From the NCBI GenBank assembly GCA_044507735.1, contig JBIQJB010000034.1, positions 1-19,276 on the forward strand: 19,276 bases of DNA, in the 5' to 3' direction. Below, piece after piece: positions 1 through 8,857 of this stretch. Source of the stretch: Nitrosopumilales archaeon (lineage in GTDB: Archaea; Thermoproteota; Nitrososphaeria; Nitrososphaerales; Nitrososphaeraceae). A model generated the notes under the pieces. The model made no database searches, was not told the origin of the DNA, and saw only the letters and a program-made list of their open reading frames with translations. Within the stretch, counting starts at the first letter, position 1, and each line of letters opens with the position of its first letter. Position numbers and translations under genes: made by a program.

Positions 1-128
1 AGCTAGGACAGTCCTAGCTTTACGCATTACCCTAAGTTAACAGAGCCGCTGCAGGAGACCTGCTATACAACAAGTACGTAAATCAGTCTTCGGCGAGCTA
101 TATAGGCGAAAACCCTGTTGAAGACATC

Positions 129-899
129 TTGCCATTCCTCCTAAATAGGACCTTGGTAATTTTAGTCAATCCTGAAGAATTAGCTGCCGACAAGAGTAAT
201 CTTCCAAAGGAAACTGAGGTGGATGGATTTCCAGTAACCGTACAGTACGGAAAGCTCCAAGAGACTTCATGTGTTAGCGGTAGACAGAGTGAATGCAGGC
301 CGCTCGTATCTGGAATATCGGTTGCTGACCAAAGTAAGGTGGCTGAGGGTTCAATAAATACAATGGGATACAAGGCCGTAAGAGCTGGGGATATTGGCTT
401 TGTGATTGCGGGACATACTTCTACAGGCGTCGGAGCAAGTATTGTACAACCACATACTGATAGCACAAAAGTAGTAGGCACTGTAACAGCAGACCCCGGT
501 TCCCCTGATATGGCCTTTGCAAAAGTGAATAGCGGTATCACCATGACTGATGACATCTGCGCAGGGACAACATCTTGTTCAACATATTATGATGCATACA
601 GCAAGACAGCACGTTCGGACCAAGTAGAGGGCACCTTCATAATCAAAGCTGGAGCCTTTGGTGGTAGTGACTGGGGAGAGGTAGATCTTAGATACACAAC
701 TAGTCAAGCTGTTAGAGCGTACGTCTGTGGTTGGGCGGGCGGAGATAGTGGATCAACGATATTCCATGAATCCGGCAGTCAATTTCAAGCAAACATATTT
801 GGAATGATGTATTCGGCTTACCAGGGAACCTGCCTCGTGAATTACTATCCCCAAGACTACATACAATCGCAAATAGGAGCAGTCGCTCAATTATCATAG
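129..899 (+). CDS. S1 (trypsin/chymotrypsin-fold) serine protease-like protein, probably N-terminally incomplete
   Basis: Catalytic-triad motifs occur in the correct order: VIAGH (His), PDMAF (Asp), GGDSGS (Ser). A propeptide-like segment EVDGFPVTVQYG precedes them. The frame is open back to position 36 (TAA at 33-35) and has no signal peptide. Confidence 0.75.
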   Translation: MPFLLNRTLVILVNPEELAADKSNLPKETEVDGFPVTVQYGKLQETSCVSGRQSECRPLVSGISVADQSKVAEGSINTMGYKAVRAGDIGFVIAGHTSTGVGASIVQPHTDSTKVVGTVTADPGSPDMAFAKVNSGITMTDDICAGTTSCSTYYDAYSKTARSDQVEGTFIIKAGAFGGSDWGEVDLRYTTSQAVRAYVCGWAGGDSGSTIFHESGSQFQANIFGMMYSAYQGTCLVNYYPQDYIQSQIGAVAQLS

Positions 900-973
900 G
901 ATAGGGTGATGGGGCGACGCTCCACAACTTTTTTATTCTTATCCGTAATCCGAGTCTCAAGAGGACGGCGGGA

Positions 974-1717
974 ATGTTATATTATTTTCAGATGCTCTTC
1001 ATCATGATTCTTGTCCTAGTCGCACCATTGGCGCTAGTTGCTGACGCATCCGTCAATAGCAGCGATCAAGAAGAAGGCTGGCAAACAGAATATGTCGTAG
1101 GGAGATTCTTGAACGCAGACCCGCCAAAAGAGGACAAGATTTTCAAGTTCCAGTACAGAATCATGAATGGGACGGTAGACGAATTTAAAATTGTGCGGGA
1201 GTTTGAAGGAGTTGTATTAAGCCAAGGCATTGATATTAAAGTGAACAGCAGCACTAGTAATGCACTATTAGAAATCAAGATTCCCCGGAACTTTCCCTAT
1301 ACTAACAACCCTCCTGAAACACCCTCTAGCATCAATGACTTTATTTTTGTTGCCAAGGGCGGTAGGGTTATAGAAGATACTAAGAATACAACTGAGTGCT
1401 TCTTTGTGTTCTCGGTTCCGGTCACAAACAGCATAGAGATGACTCTGGCGAGTTCAATTATACTTGACAAGTCTCCATACCATGGTGACAAAGTTTCTGA
1501 GAGCTGCCTATCACAAACAGTGGTTGAAAATGTGCCTACTAAGAAAAATGGCACAATTCGTCCATTATATCAGGTCAGAGCTGGTGTTGCTCCAGAGGAC
1601 GTATTGTGTCCAGAGGGAATGGAAGTTTTCGTAAGAGCTACCGACGACAAACCATACTGTGTAACACCGCCTTTAGCAGAAAAACTGATTGAACGTGGAT
1701 GGCAGAGGAAGGAGTAG
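974..1717 (+). CDS. Exported hypothetical protein with a thaumarchaeal C-terminal Cys-pair domain
   Basis: Hydrophobic signal peptide ending in ADA. C-terminus PLYQVRAGVAPEDVLC..G......DDKPYCVTP..AEKLIERGW resembles a module I recall from many thaumarchaeal exported proteins. Confidence 0.75.
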   Translation: MLYYFQMLFIMILVLVAPLALVADASVNSSDQEEGWQTEYVVGRFLNADPPKEDKIFKFQYRIMNGTVDEFKIVREFEGVVLSQGIDIKVNSSTSNALLEIKIPRNFPYTNNPPETPSSINDFIFVAKGGRVIEDTKNTTECFFVFSVPVTNSIEMTLASSIILDKSPYHGDKVSESCLSQTVVENVPTKKNGTIRPLYQVRAGVAPEDVLCPEGMEVFVRATDDKPYCVTPPLAEKLIERGWQRKE

Positions 1718-1992
1718 AAGAAAAAGAGTAGATTCTGTCAACGAGCATGAAATAGTACTGGTCACAACATATCTGCATCCGACGATAACTTGACAGAACT
1801 CTTAATACCAAGAAGCATAACCCTTAATTGGGTGTGAAAAAGAGTGCTAAACTATAATCCCGCACCTTCTTGCATTCTTTACCACTCTGTGAACATCTTG
1901 AAAATGACAATTGCAACTACAGATCATGCATTGAGGGCGCTGCGGTAGTCTAGCTAGATGCATGGGGAAAAAGAAAAGGTGGGGGGACGAAG

Positions 1993-3096
1993 CTAGTCTA
2001 CTATAACGGTACCGACCATGTTAGGATGAATCGCGCAGAAGTAGTTGAATTCGCCCTCATTCTCGAAGGTAAACGAGAACATGCTCTGCGGACCCATGTA
2101 GCCCGAGTCGAACACCTGACCTGCATCTGCGTCGCCGAAGGCGCCTGATGTCACTGTGTGCGGATCAAAGTCCTTGTTGAACCATGTCACCGTATCGCCG
2201 TTTTCAATCTCGATTGGGTTTGGAGAGTATGCTGTTTCATTCAGGAATGCCGCTCCTGAAGTAACAGTTGCTGCAACCGTTGTTTCGTTCATTATTTCTT
2301 CAACTATTGTAGGATCAATTTCTGCGCTATCGACATTGTTCATGGCCTCCGCAGTGTGGACAGTGGCGTATACTGTGTATGACACTATGAAGGGCTCTCC
2401 ATCAAGCGTTCCTACGGAAAGGCCACTTGCAGTGAATGGGACTGTTGCTGAAAAGACGTCTGGCATCGGAATGTCTGAGTTAATCTGTTCCTGGGTAGTG
2501 TAGTTTGGCATGATTATTGCTGGAGCTATCATTGTGCCATTTGGAATTCCTGGAAAGACGAACAGCTCTCCAAAGTCTGGACTAATCGCCGTATCCGCAA
2601 ATTCATAAGTGTTGAGCGGTGCCACAAAAACCGGCTTCGACGCGGTATACGTCACCCAGCCCGTGTACACAGTTCCGTTAAGGACCGGGGGCAACAGATC
2701 GATTATTTGGAAAGGTCCTGCCTCTTCACCTGGAGAAGCCACTGTTCCCTGTAATACTATCGCATCGTCTTGTGCTGCTGATTGCGGTGGGGATATTGGT
2801 GGCTCAGCTAGCATCGTCGGACCCATTGTGCCGTTTGATGTGTTGTTGCTGTCAATGGTGTCTTGATCAGTGAGATCTGGTGTCATGGTATCTTCTTCCT
2901 GACCTGCCTCGAGTGCTTCCTCTTCAAAAGTTGTCAGCTCACTATCATCGCTAGTCGCATTGGCATTGGATGAATTCGTAGCTTGGCTGGTTGCCAGAAC
3001 TGCAGGCAAAGATGACTGTGCAGCTATTGCTGCCACCGCAACCATCACCGCAGTCATGCTTACCAGAAATGCTATTCCTGTCTTGCTGTGATCCAA
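1993..3096 (-). CDS. Exported multidomain protein with a C-terminal cupredoxin (plastocyanin/amicyanin-like) domain
   Basis: Signal peptide, acidic linker, then YSPNPIEIENGDTVTWFN..PHTVT..FDSG..YFCAIHPNMVGTVIV, giving the type-1 Cu ligands His, Cys, His, Met. Confidence 0.9.
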   Translation of the reverse strand: MDHSKTGIAFLVSMTAVMVAVAAIAAQSSLPAVLATSQATNSSNANATSDDSELTTFEEEALEAGQEEDTMTPDLTDQDTIDSNNTSNGTMGPTMLAEPPISPPQSAAQDDAIVLQGTVASPGEEAGPFQIIDLLPPVLNGTVYTGWVTYTASKPVFVAPLNTYEFADTAISPDFGELFVFPGIPNGTMIAPAIIMPNYTTQEQINSDIPMPDVFSATVPFTASGLSVGTLDGEPFIVSYTVYATVHTAEAMNNVDSAEIDPTIVEEIMNETTVAATVTSGAAFLNETAYSPNPIEIENGDTVTWFNKDFDPHTVTSGAFGDADAGQVFDSGYMGPQSMFSFTFENEGEFNYFCAIHPNMVGTVIVD

Positions 3097-3206
3097 TGAA
3101 AGATGAAAACATATTGCTTATATATGAAATCAGGAACAAGCGTCAGCAAAGCCTTCCATTATTTTCTACAGAAACTTTTGGCAGGGGGGGGCCTTACACA
3201 TGATCA

Positions 3207-4034
3207 CTATTTGACAATGATCGTTCCTTTCATGCCTTCCTCTATGTGAATAGTGCAGAGGTATTCGAATACTCCACTTTCTTTGAACGTGTACTGCCAA
3301 GCTCGACCACGTTCTATAAAGTCGCTGTCGATAACAGTCGTTGATTCTGAGTCTGATCTATAGGGACCGACAACATTGTGCGGGACATTTGAATCATTGA
3401 ACCACCTAATGGTTGTTCCGGCGTCAACAATGACTGTCTCTGGCATAAACGTGTTCATTCCTGCGTATACTAGGTTTCGCCGCAATATCTCTTCGTTAAG
3501 CCTCTTAGATTCTGATATGCTTGTCACTTGCTGCCTGTCCATATTGACTATGATATTCCATATCTGCTGGTGTGACTGCCCCTTCTTACCTTCAAGGCTG
3601 GAAAAATCTGCAGCACCTGAATAATCTTGACCATCAACAACCTGCCAATTAACCGCGATAAGGACTTGGCCGCCGGAGCTGTGGATAGATTCCCCACTTG
3701 ATGTTCTCAGGAGGGTCGGCTGGACTGCTGCTACAGTCACCGACTTGCCCCTTGCCTGGTCAAGCATTTGCTGCACGCGACTGTCGTTCATAGCAATGTA
3801 GAGCGCTTTCTTGGCGGCCTCATTTACGGCATAGATGTATGTATTGTCCTCAGGGGTAGGCTCCTTTATGACAATGATCTGAGAGTCCAGTGTCAAATTG
3901 CCTGCAGCTAAAGAGCGAAAGTCTCTGGCATGATCTTCAGGCAGAGAGCGAGTTGCTATCATCACGCCACCGATCGCTAGGAATGCCGATATCAAGCCAA
4001 TAAGCAAAAGTAGGTCTCTTTTCACATTGATCAA
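3207..4034 (-). CDS. Membrane-anchored cupredoxin-domain protein
   Basis: N-terminal TM/signal helix. C-terminal GTTIRWFN..PHNVV..YLCTIHIEEGMKGTIIV is a type-1 Cu site. Confidence 0.9.
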   Translation of the reverse strand: MINVKRDLLLLIGLISAFLAIGGVMIATRSLPEDHARDFRSLAAGNLTLDSQIIVIKEPTPEDNTYIYAVNEAAKKALYIAMNDSRVQQMLDQARGKSVTVAAVQPTLLRTSSGESIHSSGGQVLIAVNWQVVDGQDYSGAADFSSLEGKKGQSHQQIWNIIVNMDRQQVTSISESKRLNEEILRRNLVYAGMNTFMPETVIVDAGTTIRWFNDSNVPHNVVGPYRSDSESTTVIDSDFIERGRAWQYTFKESGVFEYLCTIHIEEGMKGTIIVK

Positions 4035-4067
4035 AACGACAACAGGCTATATCTGCCAATCTGACCG

Positions 4068-4265
4068 TTACTGGGCTGGTGCTTTACACAAGTTCTTTTC
4101 TTTATGATCCTGAAAATGCATCTGGCAAAAATCATTATTGCAATCATAGCAATGCCAGCCAGAAAGAGTGTAGCATACCACACACTTGCCTATGGGCTTG
4201 TTGTAATCATAATCCTTACGAGGTTTTGCAGAAGATGGTTTTTGTTGTCTTGGCTGTGGCTTCAT
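4068..4265 (-). CDS. Small Cys/His zinc-finger protein (B-box/AN1-like spacing)
   Basis: CxxC-x6-H-CxxC-x4-CxxH-x3-H-x5-C pattern. ATG start, with TTTATTTAT on the minus strand about 25 nt upstream. Confidence 0.65.
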   Translation of the reverse strand: MKPQPRQQKPSSAKPRKDYDYNKPIGKCVVCYTLSGWHCYDCNNDFCQMHFQDHKEKNLCKAPAQ

Positions 4266-4904
4266 GTATTAATGCCTCAGGGAGATAAATAAACACGAGT
4301 CAACTAGGATACCTCAAAAATTACAAGCGAAGTTGTTGTTGAAGCAGTGACGTTCAACAATCTCAGTTGTCGAGGCTATTATTTAAGCCTTAACTTCGCA
4401 TCAGTCTGTCCAATGTTTGCGAAGTGAAAAGCCAATGGTTGATGCTGCCCGACCTATCCGGATTATCTTGCTCAAGTGTACGCTATCATAGATCGACGTC
4501 TTGCTGAAGAGTTCGGGTATGCAAGTCTCTTCCATCGGACAGACCTTTCATCATATTCGCCAAACGTCTGCTTTTTCCAGAAGGAGTCAAAGCGTGGGAT
4601 ACGATGACAATTCCGCAACCCATCACAGTCTATAGCCATTCACCTTTCACTCCTTGTCATCGAGTCTTCTCTGGATATCGCAGTTGAGATCACTTGCACT
4701 GAAATAATGATTAGGCCTGGCAAGGGTTGTCGATATGGTGAGGAGTTACATATGACTCATCAGCTTGTATCTGCCTTGTTTGGAAGTCAGTGGGCATCTC
4801 TTTAGTCATGTGTTGGAGGGCAGACTCGTCCTTTGGGTTGCTACTCGACAAATCTCTTCCCATCTGAAGATTTATTTATCTTGCAGCAAAGCTAAGAACC
4901 CGAT

Positions 4905-5786
4905 ATGGCTGCGGCCAGAGACAAGACACTGATCGAAGTCACCGTAGTAGGCCCTGATAGAAAAGGCGTCGTTGCAGACATCACCAACTTTATCTTCAAG
5001 AACGGCGGCAACATTGAAAAGATAAGCCAGAATGTGGCCCGCGGCCTCTTTGGCATGCAGCTAGAAGCATCGTTTGCAGAAATTGATAGAAAGCAACTTG
5101 ATGCCGGCCTGAAACAGCTGTCAACAAAGCTTGCCATGGAGATTAAGGTTCACTATCAAGAGCCAAATAGGCTGCAGAATATGGCAATCTTCGTCAGCAA
5201 AGAACCTCATTGCATAGAAAGATTACTCGAAGCTAGGAAAAAGGGCGAGATAAAGGCAAACATCCCTGTCATAATAGGAAGCGATAATACACTGAAGTCT
5301 GTGGCTGATTCGGCAGGAATACCATTCCACGCTGTGGTACATACCGATCAGGCTGAGGCTGAAAACAAGATTCTGCGGCTAATCGACCAGTATAACATTG
5401 ACTTGATAGTCCTAGCAAGGTACATGCGGATCCTGACCCCAAACTTTGTATGGCGCTATCCTAATAGAATAATCAACATCCATCCGTCCCTGTTGCCTGC
5501 GTTCCCCGGCGCGTACGCATATGTACAGGCCTATGAACGTGGTGCCAAGATCGTTGGCTGCACTGCCCATTTTGTGACAGAAGACCTTGATCAAGGGCCA
5601 ATAATAAGCCAAGAATCGTTCAAGGTATCAAATAACGACACCCTCGAGACTATCAAAAGGAAAGGACAGGAAATGGAGGCGGCAACACTGCTTGAGGCCG
5701 TGAGGTTATACCTAGAAAACAAGCTCGAGGTATATTGGGGAAAGGTCTACATCAGGGGCGATGATGGCGCAAAGACCAAAAAGTAG
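4905..5786 (+). CDS. purU: Formyltetrahydrofolate deformylase
   Basis: N-terminal ACT domain (GPDRKGVVA). Motifs VSKEPHC, LARYMRIL, INIHPSLLPAFPGA, AYERGAKIVGCTAHFVTEDLDQGPII. Confidence 0.95.
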   Translation: MAAARDKTLIEVTVVGPDRKGVVADITNFIFKNGGNIEKISQNVARGLFGMQLEASFAEIDRKQLDAGLKQLSTKLAMEIKVHYQEPNRLQNMAIFVSKEPHCIERLLEARKKGEIKANIPVIIGSDNTLKSVADSAGIPFHAVVHTDQAEAENKILRLIDQYNIDLIVLARYMRILTPNFVWRYPNRIINIHPSLLPAFPGAYAYVQAYERGAKIVGCTAHFVTEDLDQGPIISQESFKVSNNDTLETIKRKGQEMEAATLLEAVRLYLENKLEVYWGKVYIRGDDGAKTKK

Positions 5787-5823
5787 TTAATCTGGCGAGT
5801 GTTGTCGTTCATACATAAGATAG

Positions 5824-6534
5824 ATGTCAATATCGGTATTTGGAATGAGCGAACGCGATTTCCAAGCGGCGCTCAAGAAAAAGATCAGACGAGCCATAAT
5901 CCCAGTCGGCTCGCTAGAGCAGCATGGCATGCATCTTCCGGTGTCGACAGACTCGATCATCGCAGAATATCTTGCACGCATGACCGCAGAAAAGGTGGGA
6001 GCTTTTGTCCTGCCGGTGGTATCCTACGGCGTCTCATTCGAGCATAAACCTATGTTTAATGTTTCACTTAGAAATGCCACGCTTTCTAGCATGCTATGCG
6101 ACATATGTATGTCGCTGGCGGAAGGCAATGTAAAGGAGATAGTGATCCTAAACGGCCACCATGGCAACGTTGGCGCGCTTCAATACATTGCGCAAGATTT
6201 GTACGGCAAGCTACCAGAGGACGTGAGCGTTCACACCGTCAATTATTGGCGCATGATAAATGGAGGGTTTGACCATGCCGGGGAAGTTGAAACTTCGCTT
6301 GTCCTCGCAATTGCGCCTGCGCTCGTCAGGATGGATCTTGCCGTGCCAAATTCGAAAAAGCTGTCAAAGTCAAAAGCTGCATATGATAGCATCACCAGCG
6401 TCCCCTGCTCGTTTCCCAAGATAACGGGGAACGGTGTATGGGGCGACCCGAGAAAAGCTTCAGCTACGAAAGGTGAAAAGCTGATCCAAGAAATCATTGA
6501 CGGCCTTGCCAAGACCATTCGTGAGCTTGGCTGA
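5824..6534 (+). CDS. arfB: Creatininase-family amidohydrolase, likely the ArfB formamide hydrolase of archaeal riboflavin/F420 synthesis
   Basis: PVGSLEQHG.HLP..TD, NGHHGN, DHAGEVETS, GVWGDP. The family is secure; the ArfB function is inferred. Confidence 0.75.
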   Translation: MSISVFGMSERDFQAALKKKIRRAIIPVGSLEQHGMHLPVSTDSIIAEYLARMTAEKVGAFVLPVVSYGVSFEHKPMFNVSLRNATLSSMLCDICMSLAEGNVKEIVILNGHHGNVGALQYIAQDLYGKLPEDVSVHTVNYWRMINGGFDHAGEVETSLVLAIAPALVRMDLAVPNSKKLSKSKAAYDSITSVPCSFPKITGNGVWGDPRKASATKGEKLIQEIIDGLAKTIRELG

Positions 6535-6605
6535 AAAGTTTTCGCGTTACTGCAGTTTAACTTTAATATATGCCTACATTACGCTCTACCTGTAGAGGAA
6601 GATAT

Positions 6606-6836
6606 ATGTCTGTAGATATGGCAGTAAAGGTTCTTGATGAGAGCCTTGGAAAAGTCGTGCTTATCAAATTGAAGGGCGGTAAAGTGATCAGGGGAAACCT
6701 CCATGGCTTTGACCAGCACATGAACCTGTTACTCGAAGACTCTGTTGAAATCCTCGAAGAGGGCAAGTCTAACGATCTTGGAACCATTGTCGTAAGAGGA
6801 GACAATGTGGTGATAATCTCGCCGCCTCCGAAGTAG
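6606..6836 (+). CDS. Sm-like archaeal protein (LSm/SmAP1)
   Basis: Sm1 motif ([13 protein letters not shown]) and Sm2 motif (IVVRGDNVV). It lies immediately upstream of rpl37e, the classic archaeal linkage. Start moved to ATG 6606 because the TATA-like TTTAATATA at 6562-6570 overlaps the track's start. Confidence 0.93.
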   Translation: MSVDMAVKVLDESLGKVVLIKLKGGKVIRGNLHGFDQHMNLLLEDSVEILEEGKSNDLGTIVVRGDNVVIISPPPK

Positions 6837-6859
6837 TTTCAGAGAGGAGAATTTGAGAA

Positions 6860-7030
6860 ATGACCAAGGGCACTACTTCGATGGGCAAGTTCACTCGCAA
6901 AAAGACACACATACGTTGCAGAAGATGCGGACACAATTCATTTCACAAGCGTGGCAAGCAATGCTCAAAGTGCGGCTATCCGGATCCAAAGATGCGCAAG
7001 TATTCTTGGATTAAGCGGCAGGTCATCTGA
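6860..7030 (+). CDS. rpl37e: 50S ribosomal protein L37e (56 aa, not in the ORF track)
   Basis: Manual translation gives [56 protein letters not shown], with the L37e THIRCRRCG...CxxCGY signature. GAGGAG lies upstream. Confidence 0.97.
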   Translation: MTKGTTSMGKFTRKKTHIRCRRCGHNSFHKRGKQCSKCGYPDPKMRKYSWIKRQVI

Positions 7031-7078
7031 TACAAGCGGAAAGCTTTTCTTCCAGCGTTTACAAAGACACCCTATAGA

Positions 7079-7687
7079 ATGTCCGCGGAAATTGCAGTTA
7101 TTGCAGGCACCTCTGTTGCGGGTGCGATATCCGCTGCTCTCATTGAGAGAATAACTCGCGCTAGATCTGTAGGCAAGAAACCGCCTAGACCGTCATCTAA
7201 TGCAGCCCGAACTGAGCTGGTTTCCTTGCTGTTTGAGAAGAATCTTGTCGCGGAAGCAATTACCCGCGTTTATGAGGCGTCGCAAGATGGCCGGATAGAC
7301 AGGCTTGAGCGCGATAGGCTATTGCTGAAGTACAAACAGCAGCTCGATTCGCTCAACCAAAGGATTACGGTGGTCCAGCCGGTTGCTGACTTGGTAGACA
7401 TGACTGAGCTTAGAAACAACCTTGTATCTCTGATTGAAAACAAGATTTCTGCCCTAGATCAAAAGATTCTGGAGATGAAATCTTCGTCTGGCATTAAACA
7501 TGTACAACAGAATGATGCGGTCGACGAAAAGGTTCAAAGGATAATTGCCGAGACGTCAAGAGTCCAGCAACCCTCGTCTGTCGAGCAGCAGCCATTCAAG
7601 GCAGAGGAAAAGAGCATCGACCAGCTGCAGAATGAGATAATACAGGCTCTCCAGCGACTCGAGCAGGTCGAGATTGACAAGGACTAA
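7079..7687 (+). CDS. Hypothetical protein with an N-terminal hydrophobic anchor and coiled coils
   Basis: 202-aa ORF. Hydrophobic N-terminus AVIAGTSVAGAISAALI is followed by heptad-rich Leu/Gln/Glu helices. Confidence 0.75.
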   Translation: MSAEIAVIAGTSVAGAISAALIERITRARSVGKKPPRPSSNAARTELVSLLFEKNLVAEAITRVYEASQDGRIDRLERDRLLLKYKQQLDSLNQRITVVQPVADLVDMTELRNNLVSLIENKISALDQKILEMKSSSGIKHVQQNDAVDEKVQRIIAETSRVQQPSSVEQQPFKAEEKSIDQLQNEIIQALQRLEQVEIDKD

Positions 7688-8180
7688 ACCACTGCTCTCT
7701 TGAGTGCTTTTGAGGATACTCGAAATGTCATTGCCAGGATTTCCTCAAGTTTGTCGTCCATTGCAAGTGTCGCTTCTCTTGCTCCCTCACGGCTTTTCTT
7801 ACCATTGTAGGGAGCGAATCAATTATCATCCATTTCATTATTGCAGCTTTTTCGTGCGAAAGGACTAGTCTTGTATTTTGGAATTGTTGGAATCTGGTGT
7901 TGTGGGAAGGCCTGGTCGCTAGTCCACAATACCGGTCTCAGATATTGTGACAATACCAGCGCACAAGAACTTCTCATTCACAACATCTAGAGTCTTGCAG
8001 TCTCGGTGGACATCTTCCACCTATCATGAAACGTTCCGCACGGAGCTTTCCCATTGGTTCGCCTTTATCTGTCAACAGGCTCGTAGCCGCGTAGTACTCG
8101 TTTGCCCACCCCCACCAAGAAACCAGTGGCAATTGCACCGTGGGTCCCATCGTCGACTATCCTTTCGATCCTGCAGATAG
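7684..8180 (-). pseudogene. Possible degraded gene remnant with weak resemblance to the DHDPS/class I aldolase family
   Basis: Short protein-like minus-strand fragments broken by stops and frame changes: RIERIVDDGTHGAIATGFL, EYYAATSL, KTLDVVNEKFLCAGI, MDDKLEEILAMTFRVSSKALKRAVV*. Confidence 0.25.
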
Positions 8181-8448
8181 TTTTTCACAGAAAGTTTCTT
8201 GCACGCTTTGTCGCATTACCTGATTATTATGTAGAACGATCTTGATGCTGCTTTCAAATAATCCTCTTGCCTTTGCGTATTATCTGACCCTGGCCATAGC
8301 CCTTCTGTTAGCTTGATGTGCTGGGGCTGAGCATATGTGTCATATTACCTGTCCTCTGTGAGAGCAGGCTGGGGGCCTTTGTGCTTCGTCAACAAAGTAC
8401 ATGGAAAACATTGATCATGAGAACACGCAAAAAAATGGAGGGGTTGTG

Positions 8449-8730
8449 TCACTGTTGCTTTTTCTTTGTTCCATCGGTCGTCGGAATCTCCTCCATCATA
8501 CCTTGCAACGAATTTGTAATATCCAAGAAGCGCTTGCCCTTTTCGGTAGTTTTGTACATCTGTTGCCCCTTGTCTTGTGCCAATAGACCGTTTTCTTCAA
8601 GCACAGACAAGTACTCCTTAAGCTGCGCATACGATAGGTAAGCCTTGTACATTATCTTGGTCTTTGTGGCGCCGCCAGTCGCAGACTCTAAGATTCGCGA
8701 CGCGATTTCGGTCCTGCTTCTATATTTCAT
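8449..8730 (-). CDS. Small winged-helix transcription regulator (ArnR1-like/HTH_45 type)
   Basis: MKYRSRTEI..ILE....ATKTKIMYKAYLSYAQLKEYL..L.ENGLL......YKTTEKG..FL is a typical archaeal wHTH paralog. Confidence 0.9.
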   Translation of the reverse strand: MKYRSRTEIASRILESATGGATKTKIMYKAYLSYAQLKEYLSVLEENGLLAQDKGQQMYKTTEKGKRFLDITNSLQGMMEEIPTTDGTKKKQQ

Positions 8731-8857
8731 TGTTCTTGCCTATTGTATAGTGTTAGCGCTATATAAGAAACCAGTGGGTAATCTACTAGCACTTATTTCA
8801 TGATTCAAAATACACATATAGAAAAACAAAATAGTGCGTAGATTCCCGGCTAGTTGT

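Noticed and set aside
4711-4863. 50-aa minus-strand ORF (MGRDLSSSNPKDE...) divergent from purU
   Set aside because: Short, with no recognisable motif. Possible but unsupported.
6951-7154. 67-aa ORF
   Set aside because: It is an alternative frame overlapping rpl37e and the next gene.
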